64,000 nt of DNA from Balanoglossus misakiensis (lineage: Eukaryota > Animalia > Hemichordata): NCBI GenBank assembly GCA_040954595.2, contig CM082589.2, positions 10,366,894 through 10,430,893 of the forward strand. The letters are read 5' to 3'. Shown in pieces: positions 22,056-35,400 of this stretch. How positions within the stretch are numbered: position 1 is the stretch's first letter; every line of letters begins with the position of its first letter. A program made the translations under genes and the position numbers. Below the pieces are notes generated by a model that made no database searches, was not told where the DNA came from, and worked only from the letters and a program-made list of their open reading frames with translations.

Positions 22056-24522
22056 GGGGAAAATCATTAAAAAATGACAAATTATCGACTTTGCAAAATC
22101 TCACAATTTCGTCGATTTTTGAAAAAAACCATTGGGGGAAAATCATCAAAAAATGACAAATTATCGACTTTGCAAAATCTCAACATTTCGTCGATTTTTG
22201 AAAAAAATCATGGGTGAAAATCATCAAAAAATGACAAATTTTCGACTTTGCAAAATCTCAAAATTTCGTCGATTTTGAAAAAAATCATAGGTTCGTCGAT
22301 TTAAAAAAAAAAACATGGGTGAAAATCATCAAAAAATGACAAATTTTTGACTGCAAAATCTCAACATTTCGTCGATTTTTGAAAAAAATCATGGATGAAA
22401 ATCATCAAAAAATGACAAATTTTCGACTTTGCAAAATCTCAACATTTCGTCGATTCTTGAAAAAAATCTTGGGTGAAAATCATCAAAAAATGACAAATTT
22501 TCGACTTTGCAAAATCTCAACATTTCGTCGATTTTTGAAAAAAATCATGGGTGAAAATCATCAAAAAATGACAAATTTTCGACTTTGCAAAATCTCAAAA
22601 TTTCGTCAATTTTTGAAAAAATCATGGGTGAAAATCATCAAAAAATGACAAAATTTTCGACTTTGCAAAATCTCAAAATTTCGTCGATTTTGAAAAAAAT
22701 CATAGGTTCGTCTTTTTTTTAAAAAAAAAACATGGATGAAAATCATCAAAAAATGACAAATTTTTGACTTTGCAAAATCTCACAATTTCGTCGATTTTTG
22801 AAAAAAATCATGGGTGAAAATCATCAAAAAATGACAAATTTTCGACTTTGCAAATTCTCAAAATTTCGTCGATTTTAAAAAAAAACATGGGGGAAAATCA
22901 TCAAAAAATGACAAATTATCGACTTTGCAAAATCTCACAATTTCGTCGATTTTTGAAAAAAATCATGGGTGAAAATCATCAAAAAATGACAAATTTTCGA
23001 CTTTGCAAAATCTCAACATTTCGTCGATTTTTGAAAAAAATCATGGGTGAAAATCATCAAAAAATGACAAATTTTCGACTTTGCAAAATCTCAAAATTTC
23101 GTCCATTTTTGAAAAAAAATCATGGGTAAAAATCATCAAAAAATGACAAATTTTCGTCTATGCAAAATCTCAAAATTTCGTCGGTTTTTGAAAAATAATA
23201 TGGTTGAAAATCATCAAAAAATGACAAAATTATCGACTTTGCAAAATCTCACAATTTCGTCGATTTTTGAAAAAAAACAAGGGTTAAAATCATCAAAAAA
23301 TGACAAATTTTCGACTTTGCAAAATCTCAAAATTTCGTCGATTTAAAAAAAAATCATAGGTTCGTCGATTTAAAAAAAAACATGGGTGAAAATCATCAAA
23401 AAATGACAAATTTTCGACTTTGCAAAATCTCACAATTTCGTCGATTTTTGAAAAAAATCATGGGAGAAAATCATCAAAAAATGACAAATTTTCGACTTTG
23501 CAAAATCTCAACATTTCGTCGATTTTTGAAAAAAATCATTGGGGAAAATCATCAAAAAATGACAAATTTTCGACTTTGCAAAATCTCAAAATTTCGTCGA
23601 TTTTGAAAAAAATCATAGGTTCGTCGTTTTTTTAAAAAAAAATCATGGGTGAAAATCATCAAAAAATGACAAATTTTCGACTTTGCAAAATCTCAAAATT
23701 TCGTCCATTTTAAAAAAAAAACATGGGGGAAAATCATCAAAAAATGACAAATTTTCGACTTTGCAAAATCTCAAAATTTCGTCGATTTTGAAAAAAACCA
23801 TTGGGGGAAAATCATCAAATAATGACAAATTATCGACTTTGCAAAATCTCACAATTTCGTCGATTTTTGAAAAAAATCATGGGTGAAAATCATCAAAAAA
23901 TTACAAATTTTCGACTTTGCAAAATCTCAACATTTCGTCGATTTTTGAAAAAAATCATGGGTGAAAATAATCAAAAAATGACAAATTTTCGACTTTGCAA
24001 AATCTCAAAATTTCGTCCATTTTAAAAAAAAAACATGGGGGAAAATCATCAAAAAATGACAAATTTTCGACTTTGCAAATTCTCAAAATTTCGTCGATTT
24101 TGAAAAAAACCATTGGGGGAAAATCAACAAAAAATGACAAATTATCGACTTTGCAAAATCTCACAATTTCGTCGATTTTTGAAAAAAATCATGGGTGAAA
24201 ATCATCAAAAAATGACAAATTTTCGACTTTGCAAAATCTCAACATTTCGTCGATTTTTGAAAAAAATCATGGGTGAAAATCATCAAAAAATGACAAATTT
24301 TCGACTTTGCAAAATCTCAAAATTTCGTCCATTTTTGAAAAAAAATCATGGGTTAAAATCATCAAAAAATGACAAATTTTCGTCTTTGCAAAATCTCAAA
24401 ATTTCGTCCATTTAAAAAAAAAAACATGGGTGAAAATCATCAAAAAATGACAAATTTTCGACTGCAAAATTTCAAAATTTCGTCGGTTTTTGAAAAATAA
24501 TATGGGTGAAAATCATCAAAAA
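22056..24522. repeat. 78-bp AT-rich satellite, left block
   Basis: Tandem aaaaaatcatgggtgaaaatcatcaaaaaatgacaaattttcgactttgcaaaatctcaacatttcgtcgatttttg, with ~103-bp variants. Confidence 0.97.
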
Positions 24523-25256
24523 TAGCGTCAAGGACACTGTGGTCCCATTTAAACAGTGGAGTACGGAGATGAGGGGTGCCACAGTAGCAGAGGTAGGTAA
24601 GGCATCCAGTGTCTATTTTGCTGAATTGGGCAGCATACTGAAATTCAATGTTTAAGCACGAAAGAAGGGAGCAGGCAGTGTACGTTTTCTGTAGTTTAAT
24701 TATAAATCATGTAAAGTAATAAATATAACAATGGGAATGAGTTGTGTTGCATATAAATTGTTTTAAAGAAATGAAATTGAATGACGCAATAAAAAATGTA
24801 ATGGAAGCAGTAAAAAATGTCAAAGTAAATAAAGAGAACAGTAACAAGTATAAATTATGTTGAATGGTACAAAATACTAAAGAAATGTTAAATATAAAAT
24901 GTATCACTGAAGAACGTGTAAACTGAAATAAAAAAATCATTGGAAAAAATGTCTAATTAAATGAAGCAGTCAAAAATTGTCTAACCTAGGGGAAAAAAAC
25001 AGTGAAAAATGTCAAATCAAGTAGAGAAATGTGAATGTCACATAAAAAAAAGGCAAGAAAGAAAATGACAAACTGAACAAATAACTAAAAGCATGTGAAA
25101 TAAAAAGAATGTGTCACTAAAAAATGTCTTCAAGTGTAATAAAAAAAGCAGGGAAGGAAATGTTATAATGAATGAATGGAGGGAGCGCTGGTAAAGTGTG
25201 TAATCGGGAAAGGGTTGTGGAATGGAGAGCAAATGAAGGCAGTACGTTGAAAAACA

Positions 25257-27710
25257 CTAGTTTTTGAAAGTGGTGATGGTGTTGGCAGAGTTGGCCTTAA
25301 ATTGGAGCTCGCGTCCATCGCAGATGTCGGTGACGGCGTCCTGCAGTTGTTTCTGGGTGGTGTTGACGGGGTTAATGGAGAATTTTCTGAGTAAATACTT
25401 GGTCTCCTTTGGGTAGATCTTGTATGTGTCAAGGTCATCACCGGTTTGTATTAAGAGGGAAAGTATTGTGCCTGGTCTGCAGGATGGGCTTTTATTCTTT
25501 CTGCAGAAACGACATCTGAAAGAAATGAGAAATAGGCAATGTTGAAGTTGGTGGAATAAATATGTTGATTGCTGGCTGATGTGGAAAGGGTGTAACATGC
25601 AGTAATGTGGAAGAATATAAGTATTGAAGTAAAGTTGAATAAGGGATGTTACGGATGTCATGTGAATATTTAGTTGTAAGGAAGCCAATTGGATTGTTGG
25701 GATATAAGGAAGAGATGTTATTGAGTGGCTGTGCACTGGTAAATTTTTCCAGCGGAATGGCTTATGTCTGAAAATGGGACATTGCATGAAAAAACTGCTA
25801 TGTATAGCTCAGCTGGTGTCTGCACACAAGGTATTGAGGGGCTGGTGGTAAGTGCGGATGAAGAGGAATTTTGGATTACCTGTTGCTGTCATTGAGAAAT
25901 CCATTGCACCGAGGCGCATCTGCACATAAGAGAACTCTCTGTAGATTGGAGAGCCCTTGTAATGTCCCGGTTGTCCAGTTTGAGCTGTCATCGGAATCCG
26001 CCGATAAGGTGTCTGTAGTGTTTTGGTGTGATAGGGTTTCATGAGCCTGAAATAGAATTAGGGAAAGATTAGATTACCTGCGTGTGTTTTTGATAAATGA
26101 AGCTGTGGTTCGTGTGTCTGGAAATGTAGATGCTGAATTGGATGTTTGAAGAACTGAATAATGACAACAGCGGATAATATATGTTGTCTACTATTATGTT
26201 GAATAATGTAGCTCTGAGGAAGAAGCTTTGATTGCAAAACAAAGTACTGAACGCATTTGGAAAAGTGGAAACGAAAGTTTGGAATAGTATTGAAATGTTA
26301 CTTGTGGATTCACTATATGTTGTCATGGGCAAAGAAAAAGAAATGTGAATATTGTAATGAATTGTTTGAGCAGGGAATACAGGAAAAACAGTGGACAGTT
26401 TCAGTATAGTCAAGTTGTTTGTAGTGAACATAATACCTGAAAACGAAAGGGGTGGTACCAGGACAATTTCCTGTTGGTATACACTGTATAGTGTATTGTA
26501 TTGACTGATCAGTGAAGTACTTACCGATACTGATATTGTGGTGGATTGCCTGGATGTGAGGCGGTTGTTGAACGAGGCAGCTTTCTTCACATTGGTAATA
26601 GTTATAACATCACCAGTGGTGAGCTCACACTTCGTAAGATCTCCCTATACGGTTAGTTTGTACACCCCTGAGCTGTCTCCAAGTCCAATAGTTCTGCGTG
26701 GTAATTTGCCGTACCGGGTGTGGGTGGCTTTGGTGTTTTGAACCTAAAAGACAGAAGAAGTAATAAACAAATGGAAAACGGTAAAGAGTGTACCATGAGG
26801 TTTGTGAGATGAACGGTCGGGAAAAGGTGAGGTGGGGGTAGAAGTCAATAGGAAACGGACCTTTCTACCCTTCGAGGTCGATAGGGAACGGACCCCTCTC
26901 CTGTGCATCGAGGGATCTTCACGACGTGGAATAGCATTGCATACGCGGTTGTTCGGTGTACGGTACGTGACCAGCTGTGGTGAAGGTCGTGTAACGTCGG
27001 GAAAACGAAGACGGTCATTGTATATATGGGTAACAGAGGAGTGAATGAAGTCAATAAAGCGTAAGCGAAATGTTCGTGATCTTGTGGAAAACACGACTAC
27101 GTCAATTAAAGTAACGTGTTGGTGTTGATTTGTGGCAGAGTTTATTCGTGACAATGGAAGTGGGCGGGTAATCCGATTACGTGAGATTGTTGTTGGCCGC
27201 GAAATATCTAGGGCGAAAATGGGTGAATTGTGAAATGAGTGAGCATTTTAAGTGTAAACTTACCCTTACTACAGTTCCTGATATGTTGTGATAATTGGTG
27301 TTGTCGGCAATTGCTGCGGCCATAGTGACAACAGCAGCAGTGGGTGCTTGCTCTGTCATGCGACAGCGAAGTCCGTGAGCCTCGGTTGCGACACTTTCAG
27401 GAATGTTGAGGTCCACCCTATTAACAGCCAAGGTGGAGCCTTGGTTGATGGAAATCCCGTTGGAACGCACGTAAATTTTCGGACCAAGAAATAGTGTACT
27501 TCCTTCATTTGCTCTCAATAAAGACAACGTGTCTTCTCTGGTTGACCAGATATACAGAGTGGTGGCAGCGGTGTGGTCTGCCACCACAGCCCGTTTAAAT
27601 TTTTCGTTGGTCGAGGTATTTTCATAGTAGATTAGTTTAACTTGAGTGGTAACATCGTGGTAGGTGTTGGTCTCTTTCTGGCTTAATTCTTTTAGTGTTG
27701 ATTTTGGCAT
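25257..27710 (-). pseudogene. Spliced RPA70-like ssDNA-binding protein (OB-OB-OB/C4 zinc), ~363 codons with one in-frame TAG
   Basis: Exons 27710-27264, 26743-26525, 26046-25880 and 25515-25257 join with GT-AG in phases 0,0,2. Motifs VADHTAATTLYIW, LGDSSGVYKLTV*GD, C-x5-C...C-x2-C. Confidence 0.75.
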
Positions 27711-29024
27711 CTGTACGGAAGAAACAAAGGTGAAATTATAAGACTGTGGTTTCACGATCAGTGGTTGAATGTACATGATGGTGGAAACTATATCATCAAG
27801 GGGAAAACGCCAAACGAAAGGATTAATAGATTGGCATGTAGTTGCCACAAATCAGACGTGAGGGTCTCATCAGCGATCAGGTTTGCATTGAAAGTTTCAG
27901 AATGAAGAGTCTCTGGTAGTTGATGTTCAAATGAAATTACCAATTGTAATGTATCGAAGAATTCACACGGGTCACCAAAAACTTTGAAATGGGCGCAATG
28001 AGTGCTGTTAACTGGAGAACAGTAGTACAAGCGTATTGTTGAAAATGAGACACGGCGGATGTTTGCGCCAATTGGCAAAACTTGTTCGTGTGTTGCGTCA
28101 GTTAACAGTTGCGAATGTGTGTACAGCTTTTTGGGGGGAAAACTGAACGACAGATTTTGTAATGTACGGAGAGCAGTGCATGGGCCGAGCTTTGCAGACG
28201 TAATTGTCTGGTTATGAATATTCCAAAGAGAGCCAATTGGCGTACCGATATTTTGTTGACGTTGAACGAAACGACAGTGGGGTGGTAGGTCAAATGGTGG
28301 GGCTTTGAAATGTCCCGCGGTATTTGACCAATGGAGTTGGCTTTCACTGTAGATTAAGCACCCGTGAATTTTTCGTACACAGTGTGGCATAATGAACCAA
28401 AGCAAGGAAATAAAAAATAAAGTATAACTTACTGTGTGAGTGTGGTACTTGCGGTGAACTAGACTGTGTGGATATAGTCTGTGCGGCTTGTTGTTCTGGA
28501 TGAAAAAGGTGGGAAAGTGTGGTACGATGACCGATGTGCGCTGGAAAGTTGAAAGCGACGCGATGTTGTAGTTTCAGGAGTCAGGGAGCGAATGCGGTGA
28601 GCTCGCAGAAGTGTATGAGTGGACTTTCCGAAGACGACGCGTGAAAAATTTAATAATTGACGGACACAATGGATTTGCACCAATAGTAATACACAGAAAT
28701 TGCCGACAAAGACAGTTTCGCAAAGGAACACGTGTGTATTGTTTACAAATATGACGTAACCGCCAGCGTGCAGATGAAAACAGAACGTGTTTACATGTTC
28801 AAAGCCAAGGAAGTCGATTGCTCCAGGGTTCTGAAAAACATTTCCGGTTGTGCATGACCGACAGGATGTTTGTTCGTAATCTGTCAATGTGATGAGATGT
28901 GTACCACATGTTAGCAATAAAATGGTGCCGTTTTGGTGTATAGGGGGAGATACCGATTATGTAAATAAACTGGTAATGTGACAGGGCAGTTGTCATTGCA
29001 ATGATGGACACAGTAATGTTGTTG

Positions 29025-29358
29025 TCAGGTTGTTTTCATTAAGTGTGACAGCAGCATGTATAGTTTTGACCAAATGTTTTTCAAGGTGCCACTTTTGATA
29101 TGTGGTATATTGGCAAGTATAAGAACTAATGCAAAATGGTAGTCTGTTGTTTCTTCATTAAGTTGTTGACATTTCAAAGTACCCATTGCTGTGGGTGGGC
29201 AAAGATATGTCACCATTGAAGTCCCCGATAATGAACACTGGTTTATTGACATAGATGAAATCTAGCAGTGGTGTACTGTCCTTTGTGAATGTTGTACGTT
29301 GGCATGTTGGTACTGACACTTGGTAATAATGGTTTGTGGTGTAGCAATAATTGCACAT
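29025..29358 (-). pseudogene. Decayed duplicate of the Helentron APE-endonuclease C-terminus
   Basis: PLLD...KPVFIIGDFNGDI and QQLNEETTDYHFAL resemble PLLDLTKPILIMGDFNFDI and RQLIKEETTDQHSAL, but are frameshifted. Confidence 0.75.
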
Positions 29359-29474
29359 ATTGACTCATACATGTATGTAATATGGGAAATAAGTGTATTT
29401 GAAATCTGCTGTTGTCATTTAATTCTTATGTGTTGTCTTTTATGATTATGTCTATAATCTAACACTGATTAATT

Positions 29475-32400
29475 TCAAGTGAATTGGCTGGGGTGAATGG
29501 CTGCATACACGGCCTTGTGATCAGACCATGAGTTTTCTATTGTGTCATAGGTAGTTGTGAAGAAGTTAAGAAAAATTAAGTCCAGAGCAGAATGCTGATC
29601 AGTTGTTTCTTCCTTTATTAGTTGCCGACAGTTACAAATTGATGTCATAAAGTGGAGGAAAGCAGTACTGGTATTAGGTAGTAGAATGTCAAAATTAAAG
29701 TCACCCATTATTAATATTGGTTTTGTCAAATCTAGTAGTGGCAGGAGATACTGTTGAAATTGTTGTTTGAATGTGTGGATTGTGCACTGAGGGGATTTAT
29801 AGATCATAATGATTTGAAGTAGTTTATTTTGAATTAGGATGTTGGCTTTTATAAATTCGAACACTTTTGTTGAATGGCACTTGATATGAATCACTTGATA
29901 TGAATCTTTGACATACAATACAAGACCATGATAGGGTCTTGTGAAATTTACAGCAGTGTTGTCAATATGCACATCTTGGTCATTCCTGAATAGTAGATAA
30001 TTTGGGAGATTGTAGGCTTCATTGGTATCATTAGTTGTTAATCTGGATTCAGCAATTCCGATAACATCAGCAGCAATTATATTGTGGTCACTGCATAAAT
30101 CTGCAAAATGTTTATGGAGTGATCTAGCGTTTTGATATACTACTTTGCAGTGGTCATGAGGGAGGGCATATAATGGTTTGAAGCATAATTGAAGTTGGCT
30201 GTCATCACGGAGTCTTTTCATTTCATTGTGAACTGCTTCAGATATTGCGATTTTATTTTTATTCAACTCCAGTATCTGAAGTCCACTTATTGTACGCACT
30301 CTACTTATTGCGACATAATGTATATGGTCAATTTTTCTTGTACCCATATGGATTATTACCTTATCAAGTGTATCACCCTGAGATTTGTGAATAGTTTTTG
30401 CAGCAGACGGTCTAAGTGGAAATTGAATTCTCATGACAGATACATGTTTGTAATATTTACTGGTAGGAAACTGGCGTTTAATGTCAAATATTGGAGTCAA
30501 TTGTTTACCAATTTCTGGTTGATGCAAATGTTTGTATTTATGTCTTCTTAATAGACCAACATTTTTATCATCAAATTGAACCCAAATTATACTGGGGCGG
30601 TTGTTTGATGTTCCTGTCATTCTGTGGTCTATTTGTTGCACTACACAACTGGCACCATTTGTCATACCATCCTCAACATCAACATTGGCAGTGAGATCAT
30701 ATCGCAGTCCAACAGCTATAGGTGCTTGTGATAATAAACCGCATGTTTTGGATGGATCTTTTGGAATGGTCTTCAAAAGCTGTGCTTTCACTTGTTGTGA
30801 GACATCACCAATAACTGTGTCCAGTGCTGGTACAACAAGTTTATGGGATGTAGCATTTTGGTAAACTTTATCATTATGTGACTCTACCATTGCATTGGTG
30901 GTGTATAAATGAGGAATGGACTCGTTGAGTGGTTGATCATGAGATATTACATAGTTTTGCAATTCAGAAATATCTTCATCTGTGTGCCTCCCTTCTCTCA
31001 ATCTATTCAATAGTTGAGCAAAGTCTTCATCATCTTTCTGTCTCATGATCTGTGTTAGTTCATGCATGGTGAAATGTTCTTTCCACAGATTAGTTTCTAA
31101 TGGGCCATACTCTTTTGTTAGGTCTTTGAATATCCAGCCATCCATTACTGGTTTGAGTTGAAATAAATCACCAACAGTTATCATTGAAACACCACCAAAT
31201 ACTTGATTGTTACCTTTTATTTGTTGAAGTCGGAGATTTATGAAATTTAAAAGCTCATGGCCTACCATGCTGATTTCATCAATGATTACAACTGATAAAT
31301 GTTGATATTTACTTCGCAAAGTATTAAGTTTATCGCTATCCAGTGGTTTGTATTTATAACCTTGACTTGCAGGTACTTTGAAAGCTGCATGAATAGTACT
31401 ACCATTGATATGATAGGCTGCTTTACCAGTTGGCGCACATAACAATAAACGACAGTCGAGTGGTGATTCACCAGCAATTGAACACAGATAGCGATGTAAT
31501 GCCTGATATATTGCTCGGATTACAACTGACTTTCCTGTACCAGCACCCCCTGTGATAAATATATGCATTGGATCATGATTTGTCTTGACTGATTTCAAAA
31601 CATGATGAAATATTTCCCTTTGTTTTACATTGAGAGATCTCACAAGTTTGTGATATTGTTCATCAGGGATACGTCCTGGGACGTTGCTGGTGTCATCAGT
31701 GGTGACAGTCGTATTCATACCAATGTCAACACCTATATCATAAGTGGTATGTTCTGGTTGGTCATCAGGTTGAAAGTATATGAAATGATCATTTGGTGTA
31801 GTAGTTCCTTCTTCTAGATCATCTCTCTCAGCATGTTGCGTATTTGGAGCAATCTGATCAAATGCATTTAAATCATCATTATCAAGTTGCTCTGCAGCTG
31901 TAGTGGCTTGATCTATCAACTCTGAATTATGTTCATACTTATCTATGGTTTGTGCAATAATGTGTTTGTTATGATTATAAGATTCTTGAAAGGTGGCACA
32001 ACTGTTTAGAAGGTCAGAGCTTTCATTTCTCCATGGCATGTACAGCAACAATTTTTCACGACAGTAATTTTCATAGTCAACTTTCTTACTATAATTGACA
32101 TAGCGTATTATACACGGATTTACACGTTCTTGTATTTTCATACCATTTTTGAGAATGATATTTATTTTACTTGTCATATTGTCAGATTCTGAGTCCACAC
32201 CTAAATCAGGGTCATCATGATCATCATCATTTATATCTTGTGGATAATTATCAGTGCATTTGGTTGAATATGTGACTCTAAGTTTAGATGCATAATCTGC
32301 AAGACACCAATTTTCTAATGCTTTTGGCCGTCTAGCATAACGTTTGATTAGATTGTCACTTTCTATGTCAGTAGATTCTGCTGGTGTATTTTCAAGGGCA

Positions 32401-35400
32401 GTTTTGCTTTTGAGCAGGAATGTTCTTTGATCAGGTGGTGATGTGTTTATAAATACCACTTGTCTTGTAGCTTTAGTAAGTGACAACTGCAGGATGATGT
32501 AAGCAGCCTCTTGTGCACTGATTTCTACATTGTTAAGGAATTTATTTCCAATATGTCTGACCTGTGCTTTCAGTTCCATATTGCCTTTTCTGGCTTCTTT
32601 GCATGCTTGGTCAAGTAATGCACTCATGCCTCTTTGGGATTTACTGATATAGGATACAATGTACATGGCACAGGCGTATGGATCTAAAACAAACTGTAGA
32701 TCATGATTTGCTCCCCATGCAGACAATAATAATTTCATGTAGGCATTGACACGTAAATCACTTGGTTCTCTTTTGAGAAATATTGTGGTAGTTTTGAGTG
32801 AACTCTGAATGCATTTTATGTATTCATCATGACTGATTTGCAGCTCAGTAGATAGGAAGTCATCATATGATATTGGTTTGCCTTCTTTCATATCATCCAG
32901 TTTTTGTTTGATTTCTTCATATTTCTGTTTGTAATGTTGTTCTTCATCTGGATCAGCATTTAATGGTGAGAGAATCATTGTTTCTGACATAGGAGGCATT
33001 GGGTATCCAAAACGACATACAGGTTTGCCTTTTACTCGGCATGTCTTAGAGTGCTTATGTGTCTGCAGATTCAATACTTCAGCCATTTCACTTGGTACAT
33101 TGGAAGAACAAGATACATATATGTCAATGAAATCAATCACTTCTGTTGGTGTGTTTTGTTGATAATTTGGTGCATTCTCAATCCACATTAGCATATGGAT
33201 GTGTGGTGAGCCACGTTGTTGAAATTCCACTCTGTAGAAGTAATCAGTGATTTTGCCCAATGGATCACATGGACCTCTAAGTACTGTATTGATGAATTCA
33301 TGAATTCTGTGGTCAAAGAAACGAGCACATGTCACTGGGTCAGATTGAAGTAACCTGGACTTTGTAGCCCAATCCATGGCTTTAAGTTCATCAGCAGTAT
33401 ATTTCTTACCATCTACAAGTGTACCCAGTATTTGATGTAAGTCAATCCACTTTGTGTCAGCACTAGACAGAGAACAAAACCATGTTGGTAAACCAAGTTG
33501 TCTAATCATTGCAAATACATCTTTCTTCCTCTTTTCTAGATAGGGTGGTGAATTGCGCAAATCTCTGAATATGTAAAATCCGTCATCAAGTCTAAGTAAA
33601 TCACTTACTCTTTCTGGATTTAATAAATCTGCAACTTTGTAAGTTCTGCCTTCAGTTTTACATCGTCTCAATGCAAGGTGGACTTTACTACTGATCTGTT
33701 TTAACTGCAGTTTCTTCACTTTGAAAAACATATTTGGTACAGAGTTTGCAACGCGTCTATCAACATTACGCAATTCCCATTTACAAACATCACTGTAATG
33801 TACATTTGAGGTGTGGATTTGATCAATATTTCTGCGTTGTCCACAGAATATAGTTGGAAAGGCTAGATATTCTGCATCTGTATCATTGAACAGACTAAGA
33901 GGGCGTTGACCTTCACCAGGGGCAAATGTTAAAATTTGATTACGATAATCTGAATCATCAAGTAAAGTGTCCATATTAGCAACAGCTCCCTCTGCTGGAT
34001 CAACCTCACTGAATTTATCAGAATCAGAATCTGATTCAGATTCAGGATCATCAGCTTGCTCTTGTTCAGTGTTTGTATTTTCAATAAATACAGCCATATC
34101 ATTATCTGTGTTTTCAAATTCCTGAGACCAGTTGTGATTAATTGGAATACCTGAATTTTGGTACAAAACACTGTTTTTCATGAGCCACACAAGTGCTGCC
34201 ATCACTTTATTTGGTCGAATATTTTCTGTAAATTCACTTCGCGTGTACGATAGTTTTCGTTTCAGTTTGACTGGTATAGTAGCTGAATCATCTAGCATTC
34301 TTGGCAGAGCATTAACAGTAGGGGTGATATCTGTTGGAATATTGACTACCGGACCAGATAATGACCTTTGACCTCCACGTGGCAAACTGCACATATGCAT
34401 GAATGGAATTCTGAGTGCTATCAATCTTTCTTCCAAAGGGTGCAACTGTAACTGTGGTGGAATATCAGGGAAATTAACATTATTAGCTATAGACAATCTG
34501 GGGATTTTACCAGCAGATATGGATCTGTAGCATGTGTTACACACCCACTCTATATTGTCAACAGAAGTGTATGCAGTCAAACATTTTGATGCAATGCCTC
34601 GTTCAGATAATTTGGCAGCAGGAGTAACAGATTTTCTGAACCAAGTTTGATGACATGATGAGCAGACATAGACAGGGCCTTGTGATACAGTTCTATGAAA
34701 TATATTTATGCATGCCTGCAACGATTCCCCGCATAATTGTCGGGTCTCAAAACCTCTATGTTTGCTAAAACCATTGTGTGTAACATGTTGTTTTTTGTCA
34801 ATTTGAAATGTTTGAATTTTTTCACTGCATTTCACAAACTTCTTTTGTAAGTTTTCTTTTTTTCTGAAGTTTCTATCCTGTCTCTTCATTTTTCTGTAGA
34901 TCTGTTGCTTTTTGTTTTCGTGCTCTTTGAAGGTTTTACTTTTGCGTGAAGTCTTGATACGTGCCTGTGACTGTATTTTCTCATTTTGTCGAAATGTGGA
35001 ATTTTGACGCAGACTTTTAATGTGTTCTTTCAGTTTTGGCTTTTCTTTTTCTCGGAATGCAGGATTTTGACGCAAAGTTTTAATGTGTGCTTTAAATTTC
35101 ACCTTTTCTTTCTCTCGGAATGCAGGATTTTGACGCAGAGTTTGCTTGTGTGAGTTTAATTTCACCTTTTCTTTCTCTCGGAATGCAGGATTTTGACGCA
35201 GAGTTTGCTTGTGTGAGTTTAATTTCACCTTTTCTTTCTCTCGGAATGCAGGATTTTGACGCAGAGTGTTAATGCGTGATTTCAATTTGACCTTCTCTTT
35301 CTCTCGGAATACAGGATTTTGACGCAGAGTTTGCTTGTGTGAGTTTAATTTCACCTTCTCTTTCTCTCGGAATGCAGGATTTTGACGCAGAGTGTTAATG

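Noticed and set aside
22056-24522. CENP-B box in the satellite (ttcg motifs)
   Set aside because: The required downstream A..CGGG is absent.
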